Assembly: GCA_977030845.1 (NCBI GenBank)
Contig: OZ365113.1
Coordinates: 13,144,001 to 13,208,000 of the forward strand
DNA: 64,000 nucleotides
Origin: Fimbriosthenelais zetlandica
Lineage: Eukaryota
Direction: 5' to 3'
Notes under the pieces: generated by a model
Seen by the model: the letters and a program-made list of their open reading frames with translations, nothing else
Database searches by the model: none
What the model was told of the DNA's origin: nothing
Position numbers and translations under genes: made by a program
Shown here: positions 34,301 through 50,100 of the stretch, in pieces
Numbering within the stretch: the stretch's first letter is position 1
Layout of the letters: each line of letters starts with the position of its first letter

Positions 34301-37300
34301 TTGAACGATTTTCAGATGATAATATTGAGAAATGACAGGCTGGAGATGGTATGATGTGATACGTAAGTCAGCATGTGTCGCTTCTAAGATCTCGACTCAG
34401 GAAGCAGAAGAAAACTATTGATATATGATCAATTTTAGCTTGGCTGGAGACAGATACTTTTTGATGGATGCAGATGTATGCAGGCGATTACACAGTGAAC
34501 TCAGGGGAGAAAAAAGGTATGATATTTATGGCTCACTCTTACGTGTGGAATTGCCGTGGAATGGTGATATAGAGTGTGGAAAATTGAGGCTGTCACAAAT
34601 ACTTGAAAATAAGTCACGAGAGCCGAGTTGCTCAATGCTACAGTGATATATTATCAAGAAGTGGGATCAAAGCTACACAAGAATTTGGCTACCTCGGGGA
34701 CAACTTAAGTGGACACGAATTCATACTTATTTTGGTCATAAGAGCAGCACTCGTTTTTCATGCTATCCCATACCATTTATATTTGTCATAGCCTACCATA
34801 CTTTACCCTGGACCCAGTATAAAAAAATGTTGAAGAAGTTCTGGTGTCTTTGCCATAAAACACACTCTTGAGAGTGCTTGTAAGTACTCCACTGAGTCGG
34901 GTAGTAATATAATTACTTTCCTCATTGCCATTTTACACAGACAAATTCCCAGCCAGAATAAACAGACTTATACCTTATCCCCCTTTCCTTTCCCGTACCG
35001 TACAGTTTCACAGAAACTGAAAGAGGTTTAAGATACTCCACAGGTTTCTGTTCAATAATCTACGTCTTTAATTAAACAAATTATAATTAAATAACCAAAA
35101 TTGCAATGTTTGATGTCTATTTTTGACTGAGGATAAAACGCTTGAGGCATGTTAATCAAACTTGCTCTAATCAAACCTCAGCTTTCTCCAATGAATGCAC
35201 ATATAATTGGCCAACCCTCTAACCCACTGAAGAATAATTATTAAATCGTGTGTCATCACTCCATTAATAAAATGAAGATGTGCTAAAATTACATTGAAAA
35301 TTAAAGGCTATAGCAAACCAATTGCATGAGCAACTCAGCCAGCCTACAGCAGTCATCTTTGACTAATGTGTGTTATGAAGCAGGTTGGGACTTCTGTCAG
35401 AAGATTTGAAGATTGAAATGCATATATACTGTACCAATACCATGCGGATATTGTCTGCACCAGGCTCTTCGCATTTCAGTTTCAGATCTCACCTTTATCT
35501 ATGAGCATAATTGGACACTATTAAAGAGACGACATCACTAAGATTCACTGTGAACATCCGGTGATTAATAACATGTACTATAAATGGCTGCTTCCAATGA
35601 GGTGAACATTCTAATAAGCAATGCTATCAAGACAGCCCCTCTTTGATTAATTGTTAGCAATTAAGGCAGAGAGAGTGATCAGGCAGAGGAAGCGAGAAAT
35701 AATATTCCCATTGATCCTCTGCCAGACTTAGTAATACACAAATCATTCCGACTGAGTGAAGAGATGATCAAAGCCAGCTTTAACATATATAAGACAGAGA
35801 CTTTTTGTGCCATCTAATTCCATGTACGTATATACATACTTCTCATGTCCCCAGGGGCTTGTTATAGGAGAAAGATGTCTTAAATTAGATCACAGACATA
35901 CCATCCATTATATTTGCTAAGGCAGAGCAATTATTTTACATTATATAGGCAAAAAATGAGGACCTCTCTGTTGATGAGGGATGTTTAATTGATCACCTTC
36001 ATCAATAAAGCGCACATAGAGGTGAGACGTCCGGCTTTTACATGCGAGCTCTGTAAGGTTTTGTCTCCTATAAATGCCCATCAGTCCCTTTTCATTGCTC
36101 GTGGAGAACACCAGTTTATTGTCATTTATGGAGGTAATGAAACTTCTGACGTTTCGAAGCATCATCACACACGTTTAAATGAGGTGGTACGGCAATTTAT
36201 AAACTCAGCGCTACCTCTAATATTCCCTTAATGCAAGGTAATTCTATGGCAAGGTAGAGGTTCAGATTTCATGTAAATTAATCCCTGTTCCAATTTAATA
36301 AGGTAATTCAGAAAGGTCAGGTTATTGACCGGAAAGGTTGTTCAATTTTGGCAGATGAGAAATCGGAGGATCATGGGAGGAAACTAATCCCAATTTCAGT
36401 CACATCACAAAGTACCAAATGTCCCCTGAATAAGTGCTCGAGCAAAAGACGAATGAAAATATTGTCAGTATGAAATTTGATGATGGAAAAATCTTTGAAA
36501 ACATTCTCAGTGCACGGCTAGTAGGAGTAAGTGAGAGACAGCTTGGTGTTGACTCTAACCTGGACCTGTCATCTTCTCTCCCTTTTGTTATACCGAAAAC
36601 CAAAGCCAGGCTGCCAACACTGCCTTCACAATGTGCATCCAACATGGCCACACAGGCACGGAATCTGCATCTGTCAGCTCACCATGACAATTCCCAAACA
36701 CCAGGTTTGACATGTTCATCTAAATAGGCTGACAGCAGTTGAAGGCAAGGTAAAGAAACCAGGCTCTACAACCTATCATACAGTATAGGAGAGGCAAGAA
36801 CAAATGCAGCAGTCTGCATTTTGGTCACACGTGAGCCTAGGGAATGCATTTGATCGCTTGTCGCCTGGGTTAAGCACTGCTAGATAAATAGATAAAAGCA
36901 ATACTTGCCTTGTGGGGCAGAAAAGAAGTTCATGTCTGAATCTGGTGGAAAATGTCAGTCAATGCCAAACTGTCTAAATGGATGCAACATGCAGTCTGTT
37001 GCACATCAATTCCATATAAGAGACATGAATGCATTATACCCTTAAACACACCTGTTCCAAAAAAAAAGAAAGGCCTCTATTTCACAACGAGGTCCAGCAG
37101 GTCAAGTTTCCATGAAACGATTCTTCTTTGTACCTTCTCATGACAAGGGGATGGGGTGGATTAAACGATTGGTGTTTTGGGATGTTTTAATATTACATCT
37201 GGTGACTACACCGACCGTCAGGTGATGATCACATCTTTGTGAACAAATTGTTTCCTGCAACAACTAATCATTCTTGATTAATAAGAAGGAAGCCAATTTT

Positions 37301-40300
37301 GAAAAGTTGTTTCCTCCATCACATTCTTTGTTGTGATTTGGCCATTTGGAATGTGGCCATCTGCCATATTTGCCATGAGCCCTCCATCAAAGTCCTTGCC
37401 TCTCTCAGTGGCTTAATGACGGTGCTGTCATGTCCGGCCAAAAATAAATTTTCCTCCCCGAAAGTCGGCAACTAAATCAACGGTTTTTTTTTCTGACACT
37501 GGCACAATATTGGTTCTTGTTCTAGCAACTTGTTGGATTAATCAGTTCACATTTCAAGCTGTACAAATATATTTTTTCCATTTGAGTAGTAGCGGAAACC
37601 AAACCTACCAATGACAAGACAATATTCTCTATACGTTCAATTAAGGTTTGCAATTAGCAAGAACTGGAAGTCAATAACCTGAAGCTTCACAGATGATCGC
37701 TGCGTTAGTCATTTGTATTGATGGTTAAACTTGATCTCTTTGTGCTCAAAATATTTTTCAAAATACACTTCCTCTACTTTGGCCTATATAATTATCATAA
37801 CCTAGCGCAATTCAGTTATAAAAGACATATAAATATTACAATATATTTATAACGGTGATGAACATTTACATCGTCATTGACTACTTTTAGATGATCTTAA
37901 GGATCCTACAGGTATTCTCTACTAACTAAAAGTTGAAGAGTAAATTAAGAGGGTATTTTACCTAAATGTGTGTCCAAATTATAAAGTTCTAGGATCCATA
38001 TTATAGGGGAGAGAAAAATCCGGATGGAAATGACGAGGCAGAGAGAATATCGTAGCGAGCAATAAAGCAAATAGCTTCAACCAACAGCGAATGTAAGTAA
38101 CAGCAAAGGAATACAGCTGGCGCAGTCTCCTCTCCTCTATGACAGAGATGTGGAGGCTTACATTGCCTTCCCACAACTGAGCCATCCTCCCCCATATAAG
38201 GACTTTTATCTACTACTGTGGCTTGTAGAACAAGCATGTCACTATACGAACTGCTGCATGTTGAGCCACTCAGACTTCTAGCATACTTGTAGCCATGCTC
38301 AATACGCATTCACATGTATAATCATAGTGGAACCAAATCCCATTATTTCATTTAAATTATTAAAGAACCAGACTGACCACTGGTCCATCTAGATGCGTTT
38401 ATTCACCTCTCCAGTATTGACTGTGGGTATATGGAACTGTGTACTGCCCATCCCCTCGCCCACATGTAACCATATTTCAGGTTGTTTAACGTCGGGAGGA
38501 TTCCCTACGTAGGGGGTAAGTTTATTGCTCCCAGTGGCTTTTGATTGGGAAATACTGACCTAAACGAGCTGCACATGTCTGACTTTTTACAGATATGGAC
38601 AGTCAATCAGTGGTGAATGTTCAGAGGGAACGGTGCCTGGCCAGTAGGACCTGCTCCCTAATACTTGCCCTCTGGAACCATAGAGCGTTGAGGGACGACT
38701 CGCCAATGTCTTCTTCGGTGGCTTGGGATGACATGGGCCAAAATTGGATGAGATTCCCTGACAGAATGACCCAGAAAGACGCTTAACAGCGACGAGCCTA
38801 GTTTCTTGAAGTTGTTCGAGGATATTCCCTCGGGAGAGGTGGCAACAGAGCAGATTGTTTTCACTATGGTTTCGGGAAGTGTAACACTAACAGGATGTCA
38901 GGAGCTATAGGGCCAAACAAATGGAATTAGTAATGTTAAGCCCAGGGCTAACATATGTTTCCTAATATGCTCCTGTTCTTGAAGAATAACATTTCTCTTA
39001 ACCACGACATATAGATTGCTGCTATAACTAAATAACTCTTGCAGTGACTAAATCAAGAGAATGATTTTTGCAAAACGACTTCCTTGAGGAACTTTAGAAC
39101 TTCTCCTTTATTTGTTCATCGAGCGTCACACATTCCTTAATGTACATTAAACTTTTACTGTCTTGTCTTAAAAGATTACAGAATACAAATTAAATTAGTC
39201 GCCGAGTTTCCCATCGGAAACGTAAGCTGTAGGAAAGAAAGGGCTTTGTGTGATGAATTAATTCCCTATCGTTCGGGTGTTTCTTTTGAAACCACATCCT
39301 GTAAGTGCTGGATGGCAAACAAATACTGTGTAAAATTATATCAGAGCTCAGGCGTCCTACAGAACACTTTTTCTAATGTCGGCATACAATATGTTCATTC
39401 TCCTAACATTAAGTGAGTGCTTTCACAGATCGCTGATGAATGGGATAACTTTGTAAGTTTCCATTTCGACTCTTCTTAAAAACGTTGCTATACAGTGTAA
39501 AAGAGTGGACCAATGTTCAGACATGAATAAAATGCCCAGATGACCTTTTCGTTGAAAGATGACCTTCAATGAGTCTAATTTGTCTAGAACCTTTAGGTGA
39601 ATATGTGTGCATCCAAACCTGGCAGTGCAATGGATCCTCAGAAGGTTAATATACTAAATGTGAGAGGCCCATATACATTATGAAACTCCCAGTAATATGT
39701 AGGGCTAAAATGCCTTACTATCCATATCACTATCCAGAATCCATCCCAGAAATCACGGTATAAAAAGGGCATCTGGATCTTATGGATGACTCTGTTTATC
39801 TGAGATGACAGATGCATTCAGTTTTGGAAGCAGGAAGTGCCTCGTGCATGTGGACACGCGACTATATGGTCACACTCAATCCACTGAGTAAATCATGAGG
39901 AAGATGATGCTCCACGAGCTAACTTACATGTAGCTCGCGGAAAGGATCGATCAACATTTACATATTTTGACTAGGAGGCACATCTGAACACCGAGGGATA
40001 TACATTGGCATGGATGGGCTATATGCATGTAATGATACCGATCAAATAAATGCAAAACGTCATGGTATATGTGATGGCCAATAGTTAAAGCATAATATAT
40101 TCTCTTTCATTGTTCTTGTTGAGTAAAATATATATAGTTCTACTGGCCAAACGAGGATGATTGAAATTGGCAAAGACATTTGGGACAAATCAGTACGAAA
40201 GGTGCTCGACTCTTCCAGACTTTGCTGCATATATATGTATTATTTTTAACTCATGAATGCAAACAGTTAAAATTCCAAAGTTTAGAACATGCGACTACAT

Positions 40301-40945
40301 GATCAAAGTCAACAATGGAGACCTAGGCTGACCGCCCAGAAGATACTCTTATACTGTGAAAGTAGCCACAGTTTGATCGATTTAATCATTTTGGGACTGG
40401 ACCTGGACCTCTTTGCTCACAATGTCTTTGGTAACAAGGGATGTCTCAAATGCCTTACATTTGAGGTTCCAATGAGAACTGTCTCCGGGGCGTGGGAAAA
40501 TGTGTTAGTTTCTGCCTGCCAGTCTGGCACAAAACCCATGAGAAATAATTGAATTTGTCGGAGACAAGCCAATCCAAGTCCCTGATGGCAGGTGCTGCCA
40601 ATAGTTTTAAGGGTTTCATCTCATGAAGCAGGAAAGGTCCTCCACTCTGACCTTATCAAGAAGCTCCATGGGAAGGCTGCCCTCAAGGATGTTTAAGACA
40701 TGGCATATCACACCAAGAGTCACTCTTCCAGTGTGATGTGACCAGGTAATTATCATGTGAACAGCATTCATTTCGACAAATAATTGTACAGAGGATATAT
40801 ATGTTTGTAAAGTTGTCCGTTGTGCTCAAGTGTCACTACTCTAGCACTACACTAAAAACATAGCACGTGTGAAAAGCAATTGCTAATCTACTACAGTTGT
40901 ATAATGAACCCTCAACATGGTGGGCTAGTTCAGGTCATGGGACAT

Positions 40946-41121
40946 TCTCTCTCTCCCCCTCTCTGTCACTCTTATTCTCTTTCTCTTTCTCACTCTCTCT
41001 CCCCCTCTCTCTCACTCTTCTTTTTCTCAATCTCCCTCTCTGTCCCCACTCTCTCTCATTCTCATTTTCTCTCCTCACTCTCTCTTTCTCTCTCGCACAC
41101 TCTCTCTCACTCTCTCGCACA

Positions 41122-41182
<61 letters not shown>
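40946..41182. repeat. (CT)n microsatellite with degenerate pyrimidine-rich 5' extension
   Basis: Pure TC run at ~41124-41182, preceded by ~180 bp of imperfect CT repeats. Confidence 0.97.
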
Positions 41183-41184
<2 letters not shown>

Positions 41185-44100
41185 AATACTGGTTGCAAAA
41201 TGACCTCGGATTTAAGGACTCGCAAGGGAGCTATCATTGGCCCTGATGGTCCGGGAAACATGGCTTTCCAAACCAACCATCCATATTTGTGGTCTATCCC
41301 AAAGGGGACAGCCTGCACATCTAGCAAGGCTAATATTTGACGGCGAGGTCTGATACCATTGAAGGGAAATTTCTTGGCATGATAGGTTATCCCGAAGCAG
41401 TGACAAACATCCCAAAGACATGATACTCTGCAGTAACTTCTAATAAGCGTATACATTCTTTCCACAGCGCCAGTTGTTTGCTATGAATATAGCTAGCCAA
41501 GCCAGATTTACATGTACTAAGATACAGCTGGAAACAGTCTTCTTTCAAGACTTTTCTAAATGGTCAGCTGGATTGAATGGGATGTCCAGTAATAGGAATA
41601 GGGCAAATAGTGCCATTCCGGGCTTTAAGGCAAGGACCCGAGGTAACCTAAGTGTCCTGTCACCCTCTTGTTATGAGGCTCATCACGTAAGGTCAACAGA
41701 CATCTCCCCCTTAATGTTAGTCACAAGAGCTATAGGCCCTGATACGGACCCATGTGGATGGAATAAGAGATTCCGGAAGAAGGCGAGAGTGACATCCTAT
41801 ATTGGAGATGGAGAATCATCAATGAGCTATGATGATATCATTCACAAATGACCTCAATATTTCACCGAAAATTTGCTTAACAATCTGCTGATAGTGAAAA
41901 AAGAGAGGAGGACAATGTGATGCATGGTGGTGTGGGCTTATTGAAAATGCTAAAGTTGTCTTCATAAATATGCAAAGGTGTTTGCATATCAAATAAAAGG
42001 AGTCGACAATGTTAAAAGAAAAAACATGTGAAGACTGATGAACACACCTTCAAGAAAAAAATATTATATTCACTCTGTTTACTCATGGAGACTAATGCAC
42101 AGTAAGGTATATCCCATCAAGGAAGTAAATGGATCCAGTGTATGCAGCACGACTGTTAATACATCATACAGGTATGACATTTCTCTGTGGTAACATGCCC
42201 ACATCATTGCAGGCTGTGAAGAAAGTTCCAGACATAGGCTATATCACATAATGTAGTTTTGAGAATTAAATGTGGGACCCCTCGTAGATGAAAAGACGAA
42301 AGATACATTTCCAGCCAACAAGGGACGGTGCACTTATACAGAGTTACACATGGGTAGAATTTATCAAAGCAGTTTGCAGTTGTTGAAAAAGACATCTCTC
42401 ACATTACATCGGTTAGCTCAAAACATACAATATGAATATAAATACTCTGAGATATAGCACTCTGCTGACCTTGCAGAGAAACTTTATCGGTCCCTGGCTT
42501 ACTAAAAGGGCAATGTCCCATCCCTGCCATGGCTCCAAGGGCTTCACGCCATGTGGTCACTTCACGATCGATTACATCTCACCTTCCACACATTATTACA
42601 CCCAGCCAGAGACGGAAATACGACACACCAAACGAAAGCCAAATATGCAACACTTTACATGTTGGAGAACTGTGGAGGTTTAACTCAAATCCGCATGGGT
42701 GTTCGGGGACATGGGATTGCATTAGTATTTCTTTTTAAAGAACTTTGGACAGTAATATGCGTTTGTATAGCATCTATAGGGATTTGAGTCATGGAGATAA
42801 ACAGAAGAAAATATCTGTAATATTGATGCTAAGGCTGCTTCTTCAATTCTGTAATCCAGAAAATGTTTATGTCAATGAAAATCCCATCGAAAAGTGGTCC
42901 TCTGGGAGTTCAGAGCCTGAGGAGGAAATTGGGGAGCAAGAAGATGAATGCTGTGTGACAGACTGTATCCCTTCCTGTGTGAGTTTTTCCTTGATAGAAA
43001 AGTAGTCCTATGGGATTCCATATATCAATACACTGTAAGGGAGCCCTTATAGGCTGTTTATATCACACCATACCATGCTGTGCCATGAAGCAAGGAGGGG
43101 CTATTTCTTATAGTTACACCTCAGTTAGTCAAGACTAGCCTTATTTCATCCCCTTACACATAATACTCCCCAGGTGCCTATAGAAAGATCAATTTTGTAC
43201 AAAGATAGTTATACTATAGTTATACTGTACAAAATAGTTCTATTCGAATTTAACCCAACCCAAAATAAAATGTTGGGGCACAGAGGCACAATAAAACTGA
43301 ACAATTAGTCAATGTGTAGGCTATCTATGCGGGGGCCGGGGGATGAGTGCACAACACACGTATATATCTTATAGCAAAATGGGGAGCTGTAGGACACAGA
43401 GAAACTGAGAATCTCAAACTTAGAAAGCTTAAAAATACATTCTGTAAGGTGGTATCTTCAGGATTTAGCGGGGTACCTAATCAATCCTGTTTCTATAGTG
43501 GAGAGGATCTTCCGAATCCTTTTGGGAGGAATTATACAAATGCTAGCTCTTAAAAGTAATTTTCAATGAAATATGAGGAATCTGGCAAGCAGAGGGTCTT
43601 CCCCTGTCTCGTGGGGTTCCTTGAGCACTTAGGTCTTAACCGTGCTCTGTGACCCATGGGAGCCACAGATTCAGATGCTAAAGAGTTTTCCCCGGAATCC
43701 TGTCGTGCAAGTTTCCAAACAATGCACAAGGGAGGAGTCATGCTTATGCCAGAGAATTAGTCACAATCCTATAAACTACCCACATACTCAAGCGTGGGTT
43801 GACTTTAATGGCGGGAGATTCCCCCACCTTCTAGTTCTAGCTTCATTGGGTGGGATTCCCTCGACCTCCTAGCTTTATTGGGTGGGATGCCGAGTGAGAG
43901 ATTTCTCTTTCAGAAGAAAGACACAAACACCGATCCCTCTTTTTCCATTGTTGGAGGTTGTTAAGGCACTAGAGAGACTTTTCGCCAAGATTCTGCATCT
44001 TGACATCTCTGTTCATCTTAGAACATCCTGTGGGAAATGTGATTTCGGGAGAGTCCATATTTCTAAGATGTCTCACAGACAAATAACACAAAGACGCAAG

Positions 44101-47100
44101 CAAGCGACATCAAGGGTCTTCTTGGTCCTAACCATGAATGAGGATCTTCGGTTTCTTTGATCTGCTGGCTGATACTTGTTATAGAGATGGCTTATCAATG
44201 TGCACTGTATATCTCATGTTTATTCCTAGTTTTAGCGGAGAAGTATCGGTGCTCAACGCCCATATACAGTGCAGGGTAAAAGTACTTTAAGAAAGGACCT
44301 TTTCGTTTCCTGATTTTGTAATATAAAAACTGCATAGATTTTGCTCTATGATTTCCTGATGGGTTGCTGTGGTATGGTAGCATAATGTTTAAAGTAATGC
44401 CAGGCCTAGATCTACATAATGTAGATCAATCCCGCATTTTGACAGGGCTTCCATGTTTCTGGATCTAATCTGTGAACCATATACCGACATCTTATCGACC
44501 GATATACGTCAACTCTAATCGTAATTAATTATATCTGAGGCTCGCTGTGCATTAAAGCGCACTTCTTGCTGTTTTAGCTGTTTTGCTGTTAAGACCAAAT
44601 TGTGAGAATATACATTGTGAGAGATGTCATAACTCTTGAGATGCATTGTTCTTGCTCTTAACTCTTACAGGAATTGATCTTTTAAAAAGTCTTTCACTGA
44701 GGTTTCAGAGGTAATGTTATTCCTTGGTTTATCTACCCAAAGATGACGGCATCGGCGTTGTTGAAAATTGTAATTGTTGAACAATTATTTAAAGGATGGG
44801 AAATATCTTCATGGTGCCAAATAGACAAGAGTGGGTTTAACCTGGGAACCAAGAGCTGTAAGTCACTTGCCAAAGTGCCTGCCAGCATATAGCCCAAGAC
44901 TCTTCAATTCACCAAGACATATGGGGTTCCATGGGGTAGGGGAAGCTTGGAGACAAAACCCGGCGCACACCAATGCACCAGCATCATCGATGATAAGTGA
45001 GATAGTCACAATGTATGGGATTGCCTTGAGATTGTACGGCTGCGATTTTCTCACTCCATGAAATTTCCAGTAAGTATTGCGATGTGAGGTATGGGAGGAC
45101 ATGGGTTCCTCAACACTGTAAAAATAGTAGTGTGATTTCAGAAATAAACCCTTTAAAGCTGATATTGCTCTCTCCCTGGTATTTTCATGAACCAGACTTT
45201 GACAAAAGCACTAGGTCTGACATCTGTTTCATTTAAGAGACCGTCATAAAAAGTGTCGACCTTTCAACTTTTTTCAATTACTTTCTTGTGTAAAGGACAG
45301 AAGGAAGCATTCACCTAATCAATTATATTCACCAACATGATGGAGTGGGTGAAACCATCACTCTAATGAGATTTTACAATAGTTGTTTTTTCACTTTGAA
45401 ATCAATCCTCGTCTTTCCTTCAATACTGATATTGCAAATCTGACAAAGGTGTACTGCAGGCTTACTAGTAGGCCTAACATGTTGGTGCTTAATCGAGCAG
45501 GCACACGAGATAATTGTTTAAAAGTGCATAATATGGCACTACCACTTTAAATGGAGCTAGATAGGTCGTCTGCATGATACTGCATATTGCCCTGCAGGCC
45601 TAGGGCCATATCCCCATAGCAACTTGGTGTGGATCCGCAGGATACGGTCTCCAGGTTTCAAGATTGATTGCCTCTTATCTCCTAACTACAGTGTTGCCTA
45701 TAGGAAGTGTACTCAGCCATGAAATCCAAGACAGCAGGTGGATGAACCTAGGGTTAGCTACACCTCGGAGGCATTTACAAGAGGTTCTCTCTAAAAGAGA
45801 AACTTTCAAGGTGAACATTGAATAGGCATACTTTTTAACTTAGAGGCATTTAGGGAGAGGCACTCTTTGGAGAATAATGTTATTTTCATTGATGTTTTGA
45901 GTGTTGTTTGACATTAAGAACGACATGGGATGGTTGTATTACATGTAATCAAGAGTGAAAAAATGAACATCCGGAGTAATTATTCAATATCAGGCATTTT
46001 TACAGTACTTATTTTTAGCCTCAGTTCATTGCGTTACTTTACACCTGGAGCAGAAAGTTAAATATTGGCATGGAGCCGGCCCTGGATAAGAACGAAAATT
46101 GAAGTCAAAGGTTGAATTTGATCTTTTGGTTCATACAATGCTTAAAAGGGCAAAAACTGGCAGCTACTACTTCTTTGGCAATATGGCCTTGAGGTTTATT
46201 CCATAACACATGTGACCTGGGATTAATCCTGGTTCTGGCACACACTATGGGTAGAAGAAACCGAAATGAGAATAGCAAATTATCAGAAATGAGAACAGGA
46301 AAGAGACAAATGAGATGTGCCTCCTGCTTCGTATTAGCATGATTATGAATCTTTTCTTGTCTATATAGTATATATTATTATATGTTACATTTCCTCTTGT
46401 GTCGCGTCTATTACCACAGCAATAAATGGGTGACCTCAGGTCGCAGGAAAAGGCCATTTGGCAGTAAAATAAGGTGGTTCGGAATAGGCAGTGGTTTGGT
46501 CTTTCCTGAATTGGCTTTCATTAATTAATTGTTTCCCATCAGTTATCCCCTCGTGTAAATAGTCAGTATAGGCTACTTTCAGTTGAATTTCAGGCGATTC
46601 TATCGTATATTGAGAACCAGTCCCAGGCCACCTACTATACGTATTTGCTTAAAGCGTTACTGACTGTTCATGGGAAGATGTGGTGTAGCTTGTAAAATTT
46701 CATCACCGTTTGATGCAAACGATTTTGTTTGCCAATGCAAGATGATAGTCGGCCTCTATTGCATTGAACCATTTTGGTCCCCGTGGAGAAGATCTGGTAG
46801 ACTCCTGTGGCTCATCTGGGAGACTTGAGTTTTTGGGGAAAGAATATTTCCGAGTACGTCATTTGTTGTTCAAACAGGCAGTGTGCATGGTACTGTTACG
46901 CCTTGTTCCGGTGGACCAGACTCAATATCCTGTAAAGAGTTGCTAAACAAATCACGATCCTTCACGATGAAGTTTCATTTAGTCCCAAATTAATGCTCAT
47001 GCCTCATCCATTTACCTCAACCCGGCTCCAGACCTCAGACCTAATTCACCCCGTCAGTTTTACAGGACGCTGGGGAGTCGTTACATTATACATGAGGCTC

Positions 47101-50100
47101 CTAGTTGGGGCTTTGTCCCCTTGACTTACTGCTTCAAGTATGAGCCGATAGTTGGACATGGATTTCCAGATACTATTCTAAATACCATCACCATGAGGTC
47201 AAATATAAATTTTCAATATAAAGGTCCCTCGGAAACACATTACTCACCCTTAACAGTCATTCATCACTTTGTTAGTGGTTATCACACAACGCTTTGTACT
47301 TGTCATGAAATACAACAGCAAATTCCAGGCCTTTTTAATCATCCTTATGTATCACCCTATTCTTCATTTGCATTGTCTCCTTCATACTGAGTGGCCACAA
47401 CACTATACGCGAAATGAAAAACAAAGAATTGGATCCTTTCTGATGAGGTCTCTCGGTACGTAGCACAGAAAAGGCCGATGGTTTCTAATAGAACTATAAT
47501 CAAAACACGATCTATATTTCGTCTGAAGTAAGCATCTATTTAGCCATTTCATAGATATATATATTTAGCCATTTCATAGATTTGTTCTAACTTTTATTTG
47601 TTTGACATCCTATAGAGGTGTCAAACACAGAGCGACTGCATGATACTGAGCATGGACATATTCCCCCTGGCTGAAAGTAGCCGACATATACCACGTTAGA
47701 ATATTCTATTGTGGAATTATCACCAGAATACATCTTCATGACAGCTAATCTCTGTATATATATCCAATGCTGGACTATATCAGCCAGGAAACAAGAGTCA
47801 TTTTCATATACGACTTACATTTCTAAAGCCATCAGCTCATGTAAAGACACTATAATATATTTGAGCTAGTGGCGCTGCAAGGCTGAGGGTAGAGTGCAAG
47901 GTGGACATTTTGGAACCGTTTTAAAAGGATTGCATAATATGATGGCCTATCATAGATGCAAAAATAATAGTTACATTCACCTATACAGTTGTATATGGGA
48001 AAGAAAAAAATATATTAATACCTTGTTATCGTCACAGAAAAAAAAATATTGACAAAAAACGGTAGGCCTTGATAACCTTAGTGAAAACAACATGTATAAT
48101 TGAAGCCACTGACAAAACCTTTCTTTACAGGAAGTACAACGAAAAAAGAAAAAATGATGCAAAGTGCGGCGTATTCGAAGATGATGAGAGGAAGTGCCTG
48201 ATGGATGGGGAAAAAATCTGAAAGAAACGAAATGGAAGGGAGAAAAAATGAAATGTCCAGTCAGCTTTGAGTGTGTGCCATTCACGTCATGCAATCAAAC
48301 AGCACACGCATCCGGATCCACAGCATCTGCTGTAGGCGCTATTTCCTGTCAGTCGTTGGGTTGTAAATATGGATCGCTTCCTTGTCTGAGCCCCCATATA
48401 TTACCTGACCCCCATAGATGGCCTAGGGGAGTAGGAAGCACCGGAGGTAAAAAGCCTTAACGTTTCACACCTATTAGAGGCTGGCTTGATCTGACAGTGA
48501 AAGTGGTGAAGAAACGTGACTTGTCTCAAGCCATCCTCATTGGGACGTGGCCTAGGGCTCTTACAAATTATTGGTTGTCTCGTAATTCTGTGAGGCAATG
48601 AATTATATATATGTTATAACTCTCTTAGTCTGCTAATGATGAAATTATAAAACACGTAACAAATGCTTCAAAGAAAGTGAAGAAATCAGTACAAAACAAG
48701 TAAAAATATAGGCCTATAAACGCATGTGGAAATAGACTAATATGGCGGCCTTTTTACGAGGCCTCCAAGATCTGATCGACTGTAGCACATGTTACAGTGA
48801 AACTACATAACTTAAATCTTTCAATGGTCCATATTCCAATCTAAATTTGCATTATTATGTTTGGTTCCTGAGACCATTCAAGGGAGATTTACCACGATCC
48901 CCAATATCCTGGAAATCATTCCTTGATTTTTTGTTTACGCTATTGTCAAGATTTCAGGATTGTGCATCTGAATTAAATTGGAGAGGTTATTGCCTTCTTT
49001 TATTACCTACTGCATAAGTCAGATTTCAAATACAAATTCTACCTGTGGTACGACCTTTCATATAATCGGGAGTCTATTCCAGTCCATAAACATTTCACAT
49101 AAACTTCGCTCTTTCACATTGCTCATCGTTGTTTTGAAACGGAATCCCGACGACCTTATGTTTCAAGATGATAAAATAATTACAACCTGAAGATCGAGCA
49201 TTATGGATCATTTTCCCCTGAAGAATTTCTGTATGCTTTTGATGGATATTTAGGGCAATTCTGGCAATTATTCGTTATTAGTCCTGTGAGGATTGACTGA
49301 AAACTCGGATTGACCTATTCTAAATGTGTGCAGATGCAATAACAAAATTGCGATCGACAACTGTGTAGGCCTATCAGTAAGTGTCTCTTCCGTTTCTCTT
49401 CACGCTTTAATATCTTGAAGATTAAAAATTGGGAAATAGGAAAAACTGCCAACATTCCATAGTCTAGAAATAACGAAAATGACCCAAAGATGGCAAAACA
49501 TTAAAATTACATGAAATGGGGAAAAACTTGAAAAAAACACACAAAAAACGCGTCACAGTACCAATTTTAGCTAGCTGTTGGCGACGCTAAACACAATCAA
49601 CATTTTTGTGTATGGTTAAAATCAAATAGATCTAGATAATACTACTTCAGCCAAAAGTAACGATTATAGGGACCCGAAGATGTATGTCTTACAACAGACT
49701 GACTTTCCTTCTGCCCCTTCAAGCACAAATTGGAATTGAATTGGAATTAATCAGCAAAGAAGGGAAAGCTTCAACCAACATGATGTACATGGTCAAAAAA
49801 GCAGCCTCGTATAAGAAGCCAAAAAAACCTGGGGAGAGGAATAGGAGGGGCCCCTCCAATTTCTCTCCTCCAGAATAACTAAAGAGTTGCTCCACTGTAA
49901 AACAAAGGACCCGTGAACCAAATCAATTATTAAAGGTCTATAATAATTATTTAGCTATGAATTGATTTCGCCATCTATCGTGGGGAAAAAATCTGTAGAA
50001 AATCTGAAGCAACAACAATTCAATGCCACTGAATTGTTTTTGTCTGCTATAAATGAGAGAAAAGGCAGGAACAGAGAGACCCCTGGCGGCGTGGGAAGAA

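Noticed and set aside
40880-41340. 107-147-aa Ser/Leu-repeat ORFs and an ER-repeat antisense ORF
   Set aside because: Products of the (CT)n microsatellite.
47441-47474. CTGATGAG...GAAA hammerhead-like cores (also near 62694)
   Set aside because: The intervening sequence cannot form stem II and stems I/III are absent.
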